NCBI GenBank assembly: GCA_964598015.1
Contig: CAZRAQ010000002.1
Coordinates: 1,488-65,487, forward strand
DNA length: 64,000 nucleotides
DNA from: an uncultured Methanoregula sp.
GTDB lineage: Archaea; Halobacteriota; Methanomicrobia; Methanomicrobiales; Methanospirillaceae
Reading direction: 5' to 3'
In this document: positions 18,847-29,395 of the stretch, in pieces
Position numbering within the stretch: position 1 is the stretch's first letter
How the letters are laid out: each line of letters starts with the position of its first letter
Translations under genes and position numbers: made by a program
The notes under the pieces: model-generated
What the model saw: only the letters and a program-made list of their open reading frames with translations
What the model was told of the DNA's origin: nothing
Database searches by the model: none

Positions 18847-20703
18847 TTAAACCTTGTCTCCCTGATCTGCCCCAGAGAGCACCCGGAAGATCTCCTGTTT
18901 CAGTACCTGGCTCACCAGTCTTCCATCAACAGAACCCCTGACTTCTGCCATCACGATTCCCATGAGGGGGCCGAGTGCCCCCATCCCTTTCTCTTTCACA
19001 AATGCACGACGTTCCATGACAATCGTGTGGATAATCTCTTCCAGGCGGTCATGGGAGACTGAGGGGGCACATTCCGCAACCGCGTCTGAGACGCTGATGC
19101 CTGCTGCCACTTTTTCAAGGATAGCAGGCACTGCCTCCTTCGCTGCCTTGCCGTCTTCAACAGATCTCAATACCATCAGGATATTTTCTTCCGAGAGACC
19201 TGACGTATCGGAACCCGCACGTGAAAGTTCCTTGATGCTTGAAAGAAGGGTCCGTGCTGCCAGTGAGGGCGTGATACCTTCGGAAACTGCCCGTTCAAAG
19301 AGAAATACCTGCTCAGATGATGCCAGCTGGGAGGCAAGCGCAGGGTCGAGGTGAAGATCCCGGATAAATCGTTCCTCCTTCTCCACAAGCAGTTCGGGCA
19401 CCGGCAGCCCTGCATACCACCCGGCGTCTATCCGGACAGGGATCACATCCGTCTCCGGGTACATACGCGCAGCCCCGGGAAGCGGGCGCATGTAGGACGT
19501 GCTTCCCCCTTCAAGCATCTTCCTTGTCTCTTCAGGAACACCCGCCATTGCAGCCTCTGCCCTCATGATAACCTGCTGTGCAGCACAGGAGCTCATTTTT
19601 TTGTCTGCAGCGATCAGGACGAGACACTCATCATTTGCGGATTTGAGATGGGCCCGGAGGCGTTCCACCTCCAGTGCGGTGATCCCATAGGCAGGGAGTT
19701 CGTCAGTATGGAATATTCCCCCGACTCCGCATTTCTTTGCGTAATCAGAGAACTCGCTTCCAAGTCTTCTTCCTGGCTGGATCTCCCTGCCGACAAGCCC
19801 TGCAAACCCGGGAAGGCGGATGGCAAGAATATGGCTGGCTTTTTTCAGGACACCCGAGTTGGTGGCTGCAAAAAGCCCGGTCACTTCAACCGGCGTTTTG
19901 TCCACAAAAGCTCCCCGCATCAGGAGTTCATCCCGTATCTCTACGAGGCACTTCTGCCGGTTCGCCTCCCGCATGACAACTTCTGCAATCAGGTCAAGTT
20001 CCTGCACCCCTTTGATCTCGACACGGGCTCCTTTCCGTATCGAGATGTTGATGTCCTGCCGGATTGTGCCAAGCCCCCGCTTCACCCTCCCGGTTGAACG
20101 GAGCACCATGCCGAGATACCCGGCAATCTGCCGGACCTCATCAGGGGTGTGCATGCAGGGGGAGGTCGTAATTTCAACAAGCGGAATTCCCAGCCTATCG
20201 AGAGAGAAGGTATCTCCCTCAACCCGCTGGGCAGCCTCTTCCTCAAGGCAGATAGTCTCTATCTTTCCGCCGTTTGGGAGGGTCCCGTCTATCGCAATAA
20301 GCGCTGTTCTCTGGAACCCGCTTGTATTGGACCCGTCAATGACCAGTTTCCGCATGGTATGGACCTGCTCGATGGGAGTCATTCCTAATCCGCGGGCAAT
20401 GATGCAGGAGAGTTCCAGTGCTTCCTGATTCAGGGGTGAAGGCGGCTCTTCATCATATTCAACGAGGCATGTCGTGTCATATCCGTAATAACAGAACATG
20501 CGCTCCTGCTTCATCTCTTCCTTTGCTGCGGCGTCGATCTCGCCAAGCTCGCTCTCGGTCGCTCTCAGGGAACGGAAGAATTCCTTATCATGGTCCTCAA
20601 ATTTCCTAAGGCAGGTCGGACAGTGGCAGAAGAGTTTCTCCCTGGTGTTCAACTGCTGGTGGATCTCTATTCCTGCTTTCAGTCCTATCTCTGCATAGTC
20701 CAT
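18847..20703 (-). CDS. gatE: Glu-tRNA(Gln) amidotransferase subunit E
   Basis: MDYAEIGLKAGIEIHQQLNT is the canonical GatE N-terminus. Start was set at ATG 20703, which shares one nt with the gatD stop. Confidence 0.95.
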   Translation of the reverse strand: MDYAEIGLKAGIEIHQQLNTREKLFCHCPTCLRKFEDHDKEFFRSLRATESELGEIDAAAKEEMKQERMFCYYGYDTTCLVEYDEEPPSPLNQEALELSCIIARGLGMTPIEQVHTMRKLVIDGSNTSGFQRTALIAIDGTLPNGGKIETICLEEEAAQRVEGDTFSLDRLGIPLVEITTSPCMHTPDEVRQIAGYLGMVLRSTGRVKRGLGTIRQDINISIRKGARVEIKGVQELDLIAEVVMREANRQKCLVEIRDELLMRGAFVDKTPVEVTGLFAATNSGVLKKASHILAIRLPGFAGLVGREIQPGRRLGSEFSDYAKKCGVGGIFHTDELPAYGITALEVERLRAHLKSANDECLVLIAADKKMSSCAAQQVIMRAEAAMAGVPEETRKMLEGGSTSYMRPLPGAARMYPETDVIPVRIDAGWYAGLPVPELLVEKEERFIRDLHLDPALASQLASSEQVFLFERAVSEGITPSLAARTLLSSIKELSRAGSDTSGLSEENILMVLRSVEDGKAAKEAVPAILEKVAAGISVSDAVAECAPSVSHDRLEEIIHTIVMERRAFVKEKGMGALGPLMGIVMAEVRGSVDGRLVSQVLKQEIFRVLSGADQGDKV

Positions 20704-21965
20704 CAAAGCGATCGACCCCCGCACTCACCTTTAAGGCAGGATCGCATCATGGCCTCTGCACATTCAGGATCCTGCTGATTTCCCAGCACCCACATCAGTT
20801 TCACCAGGGCGACCTCAGGAAGGATATCTTCTCCTTCAATAACTCCGGCCAATAAAAGGTCCCGGCCGGTGTCATACACCCGGTCGCATACTCTGCCATG
20901 CAGGCACTGGGAGGTCATCACCACCGTTGTCCCTCCCTCCACAAGTGACTTGATCGCGGGGATAAGGGTTGTACTCACATGACCAAGGCCGGTACCGGCA
21001 ATGACCAGCCCCCTGTATCCCGACCATGGGTTGATGGCAGCCTCAGGCATTCCCGGGTAAGAATAGAGAAGCCCGCATCGTTCTTCAAGTGCCGGTTGGA
21101 GGGCCAGCTCGTTCGTACCCCTCCGAATGGCAGTATCAGACAGCTCCACAGCAAGGGAGGGATACCTCACCGTCCCGATGGGGGCAATACCGGTGCTCTG
21201 GAATGCATCCCTCCGGGAAGTGTGCATCTTCCTCACCCGTGTCCCCCGATGAATCGAGCAGGCATCGTCGCTCATCGTGCTATGCATCACCACTGCAACT
21301 TCACCGAGATCACTCACTGCGGCACTGGCACTGCAGAGTGCATTGACCGCATTGTCGCTGCTCGGACGGTCGGCTGACCTCTGGGATCCGACAAAAATGA
21401 CAGGGACGGGCGTGTCTAGCATGAAACTCAGCGCTGCAGCACTGTATGCCATCGTATCGGTCCCGTGCGTGACAATTACCCCCTCAGAACCACTCTGTAT
21501 TTCCTTGTATACCGCTTCTGCGAGTTCCCTCCAGATCGCAGGAGTCATATTCTCGGACAATATCGTGTATAGTTTCCTTGCACGGTACTGCCCGATCGTC
21601 ACGAGCCGCGGTATCGCGCGGAGAATATCCTCGGCATCGAACTGGCTGGTCACTGCCCCCGTCCGGTAATCGATACGGCTCGCGATAGTCCCCCCGGTTG
21701 ACACAATGGATATCTGGGGGAGATGCTCATCCTGGGTGACACGCATGTGATCGGGCGATGAGAGGCAGGGCCGGTTTACCAGGGAGATCTCTGATGATGA
21801 AACCCCGATATTGTACCCGCTGTCCAGTTTTATTACTGCCATCCCGTCCCTGCCGGTGATATAGGTCCCCGTGCGCTCTTTTTCACCATGCCTGCAGAGG
21901 ACCAGGTCGCCAGAAAGGAAATCACTGCTCAAGGGTAAACCTCCGTGCATCCTGGATGAGGGCAT
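20703..21965 (-). CDS. gatD: Glu-tRNA(Gln) amidotransferase subunit D
   Basis: 420 aa with an asparaginase-like core (STGGTIAS, HGTDTMAYSAAALSF). It lies directly upstream of gatE. Confidence 0.95.
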   Translation of the reverse strand: MPSSRMHGGLPLSSDFLSGDLVLCRHGEKERTGTYITGRDGMAVIKLDSGYNIGVSSSEISLVNRPCLSSPDHMRVTQDEHLPQISIVSTGGTIASRIDYRTGAVTSQFDAEDILRAIPRLVTIGQYRARKLYTILSENMTPAIWRELAEAVYKEIQSGSEGVIVTHGTDTMAYSAAALSFMLDTPVPVIFVGSQRSADRPSSDNAVNALCSASAAVSDLGEVAVVMHSTMSDDACSIHRGTRVRKMHTSRRDAFQSTGIAPIGTVRYPSLAVELSDTAIRRGTNELALQPALEERCGLLYSYPGMPEAAINPWSGYRGLVIAGTGLGHVSTTLIPAIKSLVEGGTTVVMTSQCLHGRVCDRVYDTGRDLLLAGVIEGEDILPEVALVKLMWVLGNQQDPECAEAMMRSCLKGECGGRSL

Positions 21966-23412
21966 CGATCGCCTCTTTCAATGCCGTAGCCCGCTGCTCA
22001 GCTCTCTGCTGGTCATCTTCAAGTTTCATGTTCCTGGCTGCAAGGGCAGACCTGACCGAGAGCGAGGAAGGACTCCCGGTTGCTTTTCTCTGCTCAATGC
22101 TCTTTTCCACATCAAGCGCATCCCTGATATCTGACTCCCGGAAAGAATTCGAGGGGAGGGGAGATCCTGTGATACTGATTGCTGCTTCATCCAGGTGTTC
22201 CCGGTCAAGAATTCCCTTCTGTACCGCTCTCCCTACGATACTGTGGCAAGTGCGGAACGGGAGACCGCAGTTCCGGACAAGCATGTCGGCAAGATCTGTT
22301 GCCGTGGAATAGCTTTTTCCTGCTTCTTCCCGCATCCGTTCACGATTGAAAGAGGCGGTCAACAGGAGGTCATTCAAAAGACTCGTGCTGTGCTTGGCGT
22401 CCTCTACTCCCCGCAGGAGACTGGGGGTAAGTTCCTGGAGATCACGGTTGTAACTCATGGGGAGTCCTTTGATGGTAGCGGAGGCAGCGGTATAAGCGCC
22501 GATAAGAGAAGCCGATTTCGCCCGCATGATCTCAGCAGTGTCCGGGTTTTTCTTCTGGGGCATGATGGAACTTGTCGAGCAGAATGCATCGTCCAGAGAT
22601 ACGAACCCGGCGAACGATGAACTCCACAGGATGAGCTCTTCACAGATCCGGCTCACCCCTGTCATCATTATCGAGAGACTCGCGAGCATCTCGAGTGCAA
22701 AATCCCGCGATGAGACCGCATCCATGGTATTTTCGAGCAGTCCGTCGAACCCGAGTATCCGGGCGGTATATTCACGGTTCACCGGATACCCTGTCGATGC
22801 AAAGGCTGCCGCGCCAAGCGGGGACAGATTGATGCGGGAGAAGTTTTCGGATAACCGATCGCAGTCGCGGGAGAAAGCCTGTTCATACGCAAGCAGGTGA
22901 TGTGCGAGGGTTGTCGGCTGGGCATACTGGAGATGGGTAAACCCGGGCATCACGGTCCCCGTGTGCTCTTCTGCAAGTGAGAGAAGAGTCGCACGGAGCC
23001 TGAACAGGATGGAGAGCTGCCGGAGGACATCCTCCCTCAGCCGAATGCGGAGACATGCAGCCACTTCATCGTTCCGGGACCTGCCCATGTGCATGCGGCC
23101 ACCGATATCTTCACCGACCGAAGCAATGAGGTGCGCTTCGATTCCCGCATGAACATCCTCATACAGGTCATCGAATGCCGTTTCGGGGATCCCTTCATCG
23201 TAAAGTCCAAGGAGAGCTGAGAGCAATGGACGAACAGTCTCCTCTGAAAGGATACGCTGTTTTGAGAGCATAACGACATGAGCGATATCCACCAGGATAT
23301 CAGCATCAGCAATATGCCTGTCTGCCATCATTGACGAGAGAAAATGCATCATCTCACCGGTCCGCTCACCTGAAAGGCGCCCCCTCCGCACCACATCATT
23401 ACGCATCCGCAT
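21922..23412 (-). CDS. argH: argininosuccinate lyase
   Basis: Carries the fumarate-lyase signature SSIMPQKKNPD and HMGRSRNDEVA. Start was set at MRMRNDVV (23412), downstream of the regulator's stop codon. Confidence 0.95.
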   Translation of the reverse strand: MRMRNDVVRRGRLSGERTGEMMHFLSSMMADRHIADADILVDIAHVVMLSKQRILSEETVRPLLSALLGLYDEGIPETAFDDLYEDVHAGIEAHLIASVGEDIGGRMHMGRSRNDEVAACLRIRLREDVLRQLSILFRLRATLLSLAEEHTGTVMPGFTHLQYAQPTTLAHHLLAYEQAFSRDCDRLSENFSRINLSPLGAAAFASTGYPVNREYTARILGFDGLLENTMDAVSSRDFALEMLASLSIMMTGVSRICEELILWSSSFAGFVSLDDAFCSTSSIMPQKKNPDTAEIMRAKSASLIGAYTAASATIKGLPMSYNRDLQELTPSLLRGVEDAKHSTSLLNDLLLTASFNRERMREEAGKSYSTATDLADMLVRNCGLPFRTCHSIVGRAVQKGILDREHLDEAAISITGSPLPSNSFRESDIRDALDVEKSIEQRKATGSPSSLSVRSALAARNMKLEDDQQRAEQRATALKEAIDALIQDARRFTLEQ

Positions 23413-23447
23413 ATAACCTCTGTATCTTAGAGGGATGGGAAAAAAGA

Positions 23448-23993
23448 TTAAAGCCACGCCTTGCGGGCAGCGAGCTCGATAGCACGCTGCACCGATTCGC
23501 GCGGGATGATAGTGGCGACGGGAATGTGGACCAGTTGTTCGATGATGCTTGATACGATAGGGGCACACACAATAGCCGTTGCTCCCTCCCGCTCGGCACG
23601 CACCGCAGCAACGATTGCGTCTTCCATGGTGTAGACAGGGTACTCGCGGACCCTGATACGGCGGCCGTCCACATCGGCATTCCTCTCCTGGACAGTATCG
23701 AGCACCGGTCGTGCAGCGATCAGACCGATGAACTCCCCTTCACCTGCCCGTTCAAATTGCTGGAGGGCATGCACGACCGCCCGAAGGGTTGAAAGGTTTG
23801 GCGATCGGCGACCATGGAGAATCTTATAGAGTGAACTCTGGGCAACCCCGCTCTTTTCAGAAAGCTCCCGTACACTGATCCGTATCTCGTTCTTCATTAT
23901 CTGGTTGAGCGCCCGGACGAATTCCTCATCTGAAATCAGAGCGGCACGCATGAGACGATCAACAGGTTCACTGAGTACCATTTTAGTATACAT
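23448..23993 (-). CDS. HTH (XRE-like) transcriptional regulator, COG1395-like
   Basis: 181 aa. ISVRELSEKSGVAQSSLYKILHGRRSPNLSTLRAVVHAL is an HTH_3-type motif, followed by a C-terminal alpha/beta domain. Confidence 0.75.
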   Translation of the reverse strand: MYTKMVLSEPVDRLMRAALISDEEFVRALNQIMKNEIRISVRELSEKSGVAQSSLYKILHGRRSPNLSTLRAVVHALQQFERAGEGEFIGLIAARPVLDTVQERNADVDGRRIRVREYPVYTMEDAIVAAVRAEREGATAIVCAPIVSSIIEQLVHIPVATIIPRESVQRAIELAARKAWL

Positions 23994-24174
23994 AAGGGTA
24001 ATTAGTATCGATATATAACACTTCTGTCCAAAATGGTCCGCCAGATCAGGAAATTATGGACATTTCATCATAAATATTATAATATTGTCCAATTAAAGCC
24101 GATAAAAGATACAATTGTATATTTTTATTTACTCAATAGGAGAATTTATACCATTTCAGCCTGACCTATTTTTC

Positions 24175-25380
24175 ATGCAGAACTCAAAATTAATCGCCAT
24201 ACTTGCAGTGATGGCGATCGCCCTGTTGATTGCCGGCTGTATCACCCCGAAGCCACCTGCAGAGAACTCGGTCTCGGTGATTTACACGAAGGGGACAGGC
24301 CCGATGCCTACGCTCCTTGCAACCGACCAGATTGACGGGTACATCGCCTGGCAGCCTTTTGTCGAGGTTGCGCCTCTCGCCGGGATAGGAAAAGTCCTCA
24401 TCTACTCCGGGGACCTCCCCCCTGCCGGCCGATGGCAGAACCACCCCTGCTGTGTCTTTACCGCCCGGCAGGATGTCATCGATAACAACCCGGACATCAC
24501 CAATGCCCTGACCGCAGCCCTTATCCTCTCGACCAATTATATCGGCGAGCACCCGAATGAGAGCGCCGAGATGGTGGCAGACTGGCTTGCCGGGAAAGGC
24601 AACTTCACGTATGGGAATATCACGGTTTCTTCCGTGGAAGTGCTCCAGCGGGCATTCCCCACCGTCAAATTCGTGAACGAGCCCACAGATGAGTGGAAGT
24701 ATGATACTCTTGAATTCGTGTATGCCCAGAGGGAACTTGGTGTCCTGACCGGATCCCTTGCAAACAGCACCGACAACGAGTCACTTGACCTGCTCTTTGA
24801 CACCAGGCCGTATGATTCGGCACAGGCCATGATACAGGCGGGGACGATCACCACTCCTGCGGTCCAGAAAAATCCTGTGTCGGTAGGATACCTGATGTCC
24901 GATCACGATGCTGCACTGTTTGTTGCAGTCAAGAACTGGAAGTACTTTGAAGACACCTACGGAATTACCATCAAGCCGCGCGATCTGGCCGCATCACGCC
25001 CTGATGTCGCTGATCTCATCGTGAATGGAGAGAAAGTAGCAGAGATCCGGCTTGTCCCAGCTGATGCAGGACCGCAGTTGATGCAACTGGCAAGTACGAA
25101 TACTATCCAGTATGCCCTTGTCGGCAATTCTCCCACCATTGCAGCGGTCGATAAAGGAACCCCGGTAAAGATCATCATGGCGCTCAATGAAGAGGGATCC
25201 GGAATTGTCATTGCAGAAGATGCCCCTGCCAATGACTGGGGCAGCTTCATCACATGGGCAAAGGCCCGCTCTGCCAGCAACCAGCCGCTGAAGATTGCAG
25301 CACCGGGGAAGGGATCTATCCAGGATGTGCTCCTTCGCTATTCCCTGGAAGAGAGTGGTTTATCTGTGAAGGAAGGGTAA
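24175..25380 (+). CDS. ABC transporter substrate-binding lipoprotein, NMT1/SsuA (NitT/TauT) type, apparently circularly permuted
   Basis: Start at MQNSKLIAILAVMAIALLIAGC (lipobox-like). The first half carries motifs normally in the C-terminal half of SsuA/NMT1 proteins (IDGYIAWQPF, GKVLIYS, NHPCCVFTAR). The second half carries N-terminal-half motifs (VSVGYLMSDHDAALFVA, KIAAPGKGSIQDVLLRYSL). Confidence 0.85.
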   Translation: MQNSKLIAILAVMAIALLIAGCITPKPPAENSVSVIYTKGTGPMPTLLATDQIDGYIAWQPFVEVAPLAGIGKVLIYSGDLPPAGRWQNHPCCVFTARQDVIDNNPDITNALTAALILSTNYIGEHPNESAEMVADWLAGKGNFTYGNITVSSVEVLQRAFPTVKFVNEPTDEWKYDTLEFVYAQRELGVLTGSLANSTDNESLDLLFDTRPYDSAQAMIQAGTITTPAVQKNPVSVGYLMSDHDAALFVAVKNWKYFEDTYGITIKPRDLAASRPDVADLIVNGEKVAEIRLVPADAGPQLMQLASTNTIQYALVGNSPTIAAVDKGTPVKIIMALNEEGSGIVIAEDAPANDWGSFITWAKARSASNQPLKIAAPGKGSIQDVLLRYSLEESGLSVKEG

Positions 25381-25392
25381 TCTATCAGGATA

Positions 25393-26160
25393 ATGAGGAG
25401 CCCCCGTGTCCTGCTCCTCCCTGTCCTTCTTATCATAGGATGGGAGGTGGCAGCGTATTTTATCGACAACCCGTTCATCCTCCCCTCCCTGACAACCGTC
25501 ATCCCCATCCTCCTCCATCCTTTCTCTACGGAATATACCCTCGGGACCGGCAGCCTTGTCCAGAATGCAGCCGCAAGCCTTTTCCGGGTAGGGTCGGGAT
25601 TTCTTCTTGCGGCAGCAATCGCCATCCCTCTCGGGATAGGCATGGGCCGATCGGAATTCCTCCATGATTTTCTTGACACCACGATCGAACTCCTGCGGCC
25701 GATCCCTCCCCTCGCATGGGTACCTCTTGCCCTGGCATGGTTCAAGATCGGATTTGTCTCCATCACTTTCATCATCTTCATCGGGGCATTCTTTCCGATC
25801 CTCCTCAATACGATGGATGGAGTAAAATCTGTCAAGAAGACCTGGATCGAAGTGGCAGAAACTCTCGGCGCCCGGGAACAGGACGTGCTCACAAAAGTGA
25901 TCCTGCCCGGATCGGCGCCAACGGTCTGGACCGGGATGCGGGTAGGATTCGGAGTCGCATGGATGTGTGTTGTTGCCGCCGAATGGATGCCGGGAATCTC
26001 TCTCGGACTGGGATACCTCATCCTCTATGCATACAATTTCGGCCAGACCAACCTCATCATCGCAGGGATGGTGGTGATCGGGGTGATCGGAATCCTGATA
26101 GACCAGGTCTTCAGGGCTGGTGAGAAGAGATGGTTCTCGTGGAGATCGCTGGAACGGTGA
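25393..26160 (+). CDS. ABC transporter permease (NitT/TauT family)
   Basis: 255 aa, about 6 TM helices, with an EAA-like loop ETLGAREQDVLTKVILPGSAP. Confidence 0.9.
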   Translation: MRSPRVLLLPVLLIIGWEVAAYFIDNPFILPSLTTVIPILLHPFSTEYTLGTGSLVQNAAASLFRVGSGFLLAAAIAIPLGIGMGRSEFLHDFLDTTIELLRPIPPLAWVPLALAWFKIGFVSITFIIFIGAFFPILLNTMDGVKSVKKTWIEVAETLGAREQDVLTKVILPGSAPTVWTGMRVGFGVAWMCVVAAEWMPGISLGLGYLILYAYNFGQTNLIIAGMVVIGVIGILIDQVFRAGEKRWFSWRSLER

Positions 26161-26194
26161 TGGAGTTGCAGGTATTCAGATATCCGAAAGGAGC

Positions 26195-26965
26195 ATGTCG
26201 CATATGACCCTTGAGATCCGTGACATTTCCAGGAACTTCCCTGTGCCCGGACAGGAACCGATCCAGGCTTTGTCCGGGATCACCTTAACGGTCGAGGATA
26301 AAGAATTTTTATCCATTCTCGGACCTTCAGGGTGCGGAAAAACAACGCTCCTCCGGATCATCGGGGGGCTTGACTCCGCAAGCTCGGGGTCGATCACTCT
26401 GAACGGTGCAAGTATCACCCGCCAGAGTTTCCGGATGGCCATGATCTTCCAGGAATATTCGCTCTATCCCTGGAGAACGGTGCTGGAGAACGTGACATTC
26501 GGGCTGGAGATCCAGAAGATGGAGAACCAACCTGCAAGGGACATCGGCATGGAATACCTCAATCTTGTGGGTCTTGCTGAATTTGCCGAAAGGTACCCGT
26601 ATGAACTTTCCGGCGGGATGCGCCAGAGAGTTGCGGTCGCACGTGCAATGGCAATCGATCCCGAGATCCTGCTGATGGACGAACCATTCGGTGCGCTTGA
26701 TGCCCAGACCAGGAACCTTCTCCAGAAGGAACTGCTCGATATCTGGCATAAAACAAAAAAGACGATTATTTTCGTTACCCACAGCGTCGATGAGGCCGTG
26801 TACCTTGCCGATCGTCTGGTGGTGCTCACCTCACGCCCGGGCAGAGTGTGTGAGATCATACCAATCGATCTCGATCGTCCCCGTGACCGGACCAGCGCCG
26901 AATTTGCACTGGTGAGAAGAAAAGTGCTCGATCTTATTTCCCAGCCGAAGTGCAGCCTCCAATAA
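26195..26965 (+). CDS. ABC transporter ATP-binding protein (NitT/TauT family)
   Basis: Walker A GPSGCGKTT, signature LSGGMRQR and Walker B LLMDEP. Start was set at MSHMTLEI, preceded by aaggag. Confidence 0.9.
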   Translation: MSHMTLEIRDISRNFPVPGQEPIQALSGITLTVEDKEFLSILGPSGCGKTTLLRIIGGLDSASSGSITLNGASITRQSFRMAMIFQEYSLYPWRTVLENVTFGLEIQKMENQPARDIGMEYLNLVGLAEFAERYPYELSGGMRQRVAVARAMAIDPEILLMDEPFGALDAQTRNLLQKELLDIWHKTKKTIIFVTHSVDEAVYLADRLVVLTSRPGRVCEIIPIDLDRPRDRTSAEFALVRRKVLDLISQPKCSLQ

Positions 26966-27074
26966 GGTTTAATACATACCATTTCCATTTTATTAAAGCA
27001 GTCGAGATTCGTCCCGGTGTGCTGCAAATAGCATACACATCCAGCACCGGGTCCCCTAAGAGGAGTGAGTTACC

Positions 27075-27629
27075 ATGGTTCGAAAACCAGCAAAAATGTA
27101 CAGGGATCTATCAAAGAAGGCATATACGAGAAGAGAATATATGGGCGGGGTCCCTGGAAGCAAAATCGTCCAGTTTGATATGGGCAATCTCTCCCAGGAA
27201 TTTCCGCTCGAGATGAACCTTATCGTGGAGGAGTCGTGCCAGATCCGTCACAGCGCGCTTGAAGCAGCCCGCATCAGTATCAACCGCAAACTGCTCAAGG
27301 AAGTGGGCAGGATGAATTTCCATCTCAAACTCCGGGTATTCCCGCATCATGTCCTTCGCGAGAACAAGCAGGCAACCGGAGCCGGTGCAGACCGTGTGTC
27401 TGAAGGGATGAGACTGGCATTCGGAAAGGCGGTGGGAACCGCAGCCCGGGTTACCAAAGACCAGATAGTCTTCACGACATATACCAGCTCACAGTACCTT
27501 GACAAAGTGAAAATAGCCATGAAAGCAGGAGGGCACAAGCTCCCCACTCCCACCTATTTCACGGTTGTTGACAAGAGCAGCTCGGTCCCTGCCGTGGTCC
27601 CGGTGCCAGCCGTCAACGAATCCAAATAA
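27075..27629 (+). CDS. rpl10e: 50S ribosomal protein uL16 (L10e)
   Basis: [31 protein letters not shown] is the canonical archaeal L10e N-terminus. Confidence 0.95.
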   Translation: MVRKPAKMYRDLSKKAYTRREYMGGVPGSKIVQFDMGNLSQEFPLEMNLIVEESCQIRHSALEAARISINRKLLKEVGRMNFHLKLRVFPHHVLRENKQATGAGADRVSEGMRLAFGKAVGTAARVTKDQIVFTTYTSSQYLDKVKIAMKAGGHKLPTPTYFTVVDKSSSVPAVVPVPAVNESK

Positions 27630-27707
27630 CTCCCTCCTCATCCCCTTCCTTTCTCTTTCACCTTTTTCCTGATAGAAACGATTATAGATTTTCTTCGCCG
27701 AGTACTG

Positions 27708-28547
27708 GTGATGGTGGTTCCCGAAATTGACCCGGTGTACCGCGCTTTGTCGGATGCCACATGCCGTGCATTCCATGAAGCAGAGACGACCCTCCCCCCC
27801 GACATAATCCGGGCACTCCGCTCTGCCGCAAAGAGGGAGTCATCAGAGGTCGCAAGAATTGAATTATCAAACATTCTTGAGAATATCGCCCTTGCAGAAC
27901 GGCTCACTCTCCCCATCTGCCAGGATACAGGCGTCCCGGTGATCTATCTCACCGTGCCACCAGATGTGCCGTTTTCGCAGCAGCTCTTCCATGCAGTGAG
28001 TGAGGGCGTGCGAAAAGCTTCAAGGGAGATCCCGCTCCGGCCAAACGTCGTTTCCCCTCTTGAAAGGATTAATTACGGCGATAATTGCGGCCCGGGCATG
28101 CCATCGGTCCATGTGATGCCTGGTGAGCGCCTCTCCGTTACCGTCCTCCCGAAGGGTGCGGGAGCGGAAAACATGTCGCGCCTGACGATGCTGCTGCCTA
28201 CAGAAAAAGAGAGCATTCCCCGGTTTGTCACCGAAACAATGCTGATCGCAGGAGGAAGGCCGTGTCCCCCTGTTGTTCTTGGCGTTGGAATCGGAGGGAC
28301 ATTCGACGGCTGTGCCGCACTGGCCAAGGAAGCCCTCCTCCTGCCCATCGATACCATGGATTCTTTTGAGCAGGAACTCTGTGATGCGGTCAACACTCTC
28401 GGGATTGGTCCGATGGGCCTTGGTGGAGCTACCACGGCACTTGCGGTCAAAATAAGGACTGCCGCATGCCACACTGCATCCCTGCCCGTTGCCGTGAATG
28501 TCCAGTGCTGGGCTGCCCGCCGGGCAACTGTCGAGGTGGAATGGTGA
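27708..28547 (+). CDS. fumA: class I (Fe-S) fumarate hydratase, alpha subunit
   Basis: 279 aa. PICQDTG and the overall pattern match the tartrate/fumarate hydro-lyase alpha region. Confidence 0.9.
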   Translation: MMVVPEIDPVYRALSDATCRAFHEAETTLPPDIIRALRSAAKRESSEVARIELSNILENIALAERLTLPICQDTGVPVIYLTVPPDVPFSQQLFHAVSEGVRKASREIPLRPNVVSPLERINYGDNCGPGMPSVHVMPGERLSVTVLPKGAGAENMSRLTMLLPTEKESIPRFVTETMLIAGGRPCPPVVLGVGIGGTFDGCAALAKEALLLPIDTMDSFEQELCDAVNTLGIGPMGLGGATTALAVKIRTAACHTASLPVAVNVQCWAARRATVEVEW

Positions 28548-29128
28548 ACAGGGTCCGTCTTACTACCCCCCTTGGTGATGAAGTACTCTCGCTGCATGCA
28601 GGGGATCCTGTTGCCCTCTCCGGTATCGTGTATACCGCACGTGACGAAGCACATATAAAAATGAGAGAGGAGGGCATCCCCTTTGATCCTGAAGGAGCGG
28701 CAATCTACCACTGTGGACCTGTCATTCAGGAATCACGGATCCTTGCTGCTGGCCCCACCACTTCAGCGCGAATGAACGCCCTTTCAGGATTTCTTCTTGA
28801 CAGGGGAGTCCGTGCGCTTATCGGGAAAGGAGGAATGGGAGAGGAGGTATGCGAACAGCTCAGGGGAAGAGGAGTGTACCTGGCCTGCACCGGTGGATGT
28901 GCAGTGCTTGCAGCCTCAAAAATGTCTTTAAAAGGCGTATTTTTTGAAGAGCTCGGCATGGCTGAGGCGATATGGATCATTGAACTCGATTCGCTTCCCC
29001 TTGTTGTCGGAATCGATTCCTGCGGCAATGACCTCTTTGCAGCGGTCTCCCGGAAAGCAAACAAACAATTCCACAAACAGTTCACGTACACACTGAAAGG
29101 ATCATCCCATGAGACTGCAGATAGATGA
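28541..29128 (+). CDS. fumB: class I fumarate hydratase, beta subunit
   Basis: Start MVNRVRLTTPL overlaps the fumA stop (ATGGTGA). GIVYTARDEAH and GKGGM are typical of the beta region. Confidence 0.9.
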   Translation: MVNRVRLTTPLGDEVLSLHAGDPVALSGIVYTARDEAHIKMREEGIPFDPEGAAIYHCGPVIQESRILAAGPTTSARMNALSGFLLDRGVRALIGKGGMGEEVCEQLRGRGVYLACTGGCAVLAASKMSLKGVFFEELGMAEAIWIIELDSLPLVVGIDSCGNDLFAAVSRKANKQFHKQFTYTLKGSSHETADR

Positions 29129-29381
29129 GGACCGGTGCAAGGGATGCAACCTCTGCACCCTGGTCTGTCCCTACCGTATCTTCAAGCCCGGAAAACGAGC
29201 CAACAAGAGAGGGGTAATCGTGCCCGAACTCGACCGTCCTGAGCGGTGTGCCAATTGCCGCCTCAAGAGCCTGTACGGGAGGACGCTCTGCGGCACCTGC
29301 CGGATGATCTGCCCTGACCAGGCCATCTCATGGGTCGAGGAGGAAGAGCATGTTCCGAAAAAGGTGGCGATCGAATATTGA
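29109..29381 (+). CDS. korD: 2-oxoacid:ferredoxin oxidoreductase delta subunit (2x[4Fe-4S] ferredoxin)
   Basis: 90 aa with CKGCNLCTLVCP and C..C....C(R)MICP cluster motifs. It lies directly upstream of the alpha subunit. Confidence 0.8.
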   Translation: MRLQIDEDRCKGCNLCTLVCPYRIFKPGKRANKRGVIVPELDRPERCANCRLKSLYGRTLCGTCRMICPDQAISWVEEEEHVPKKVAIEY

Positions 29382-29395
29382 CCCGGACTGAATTC

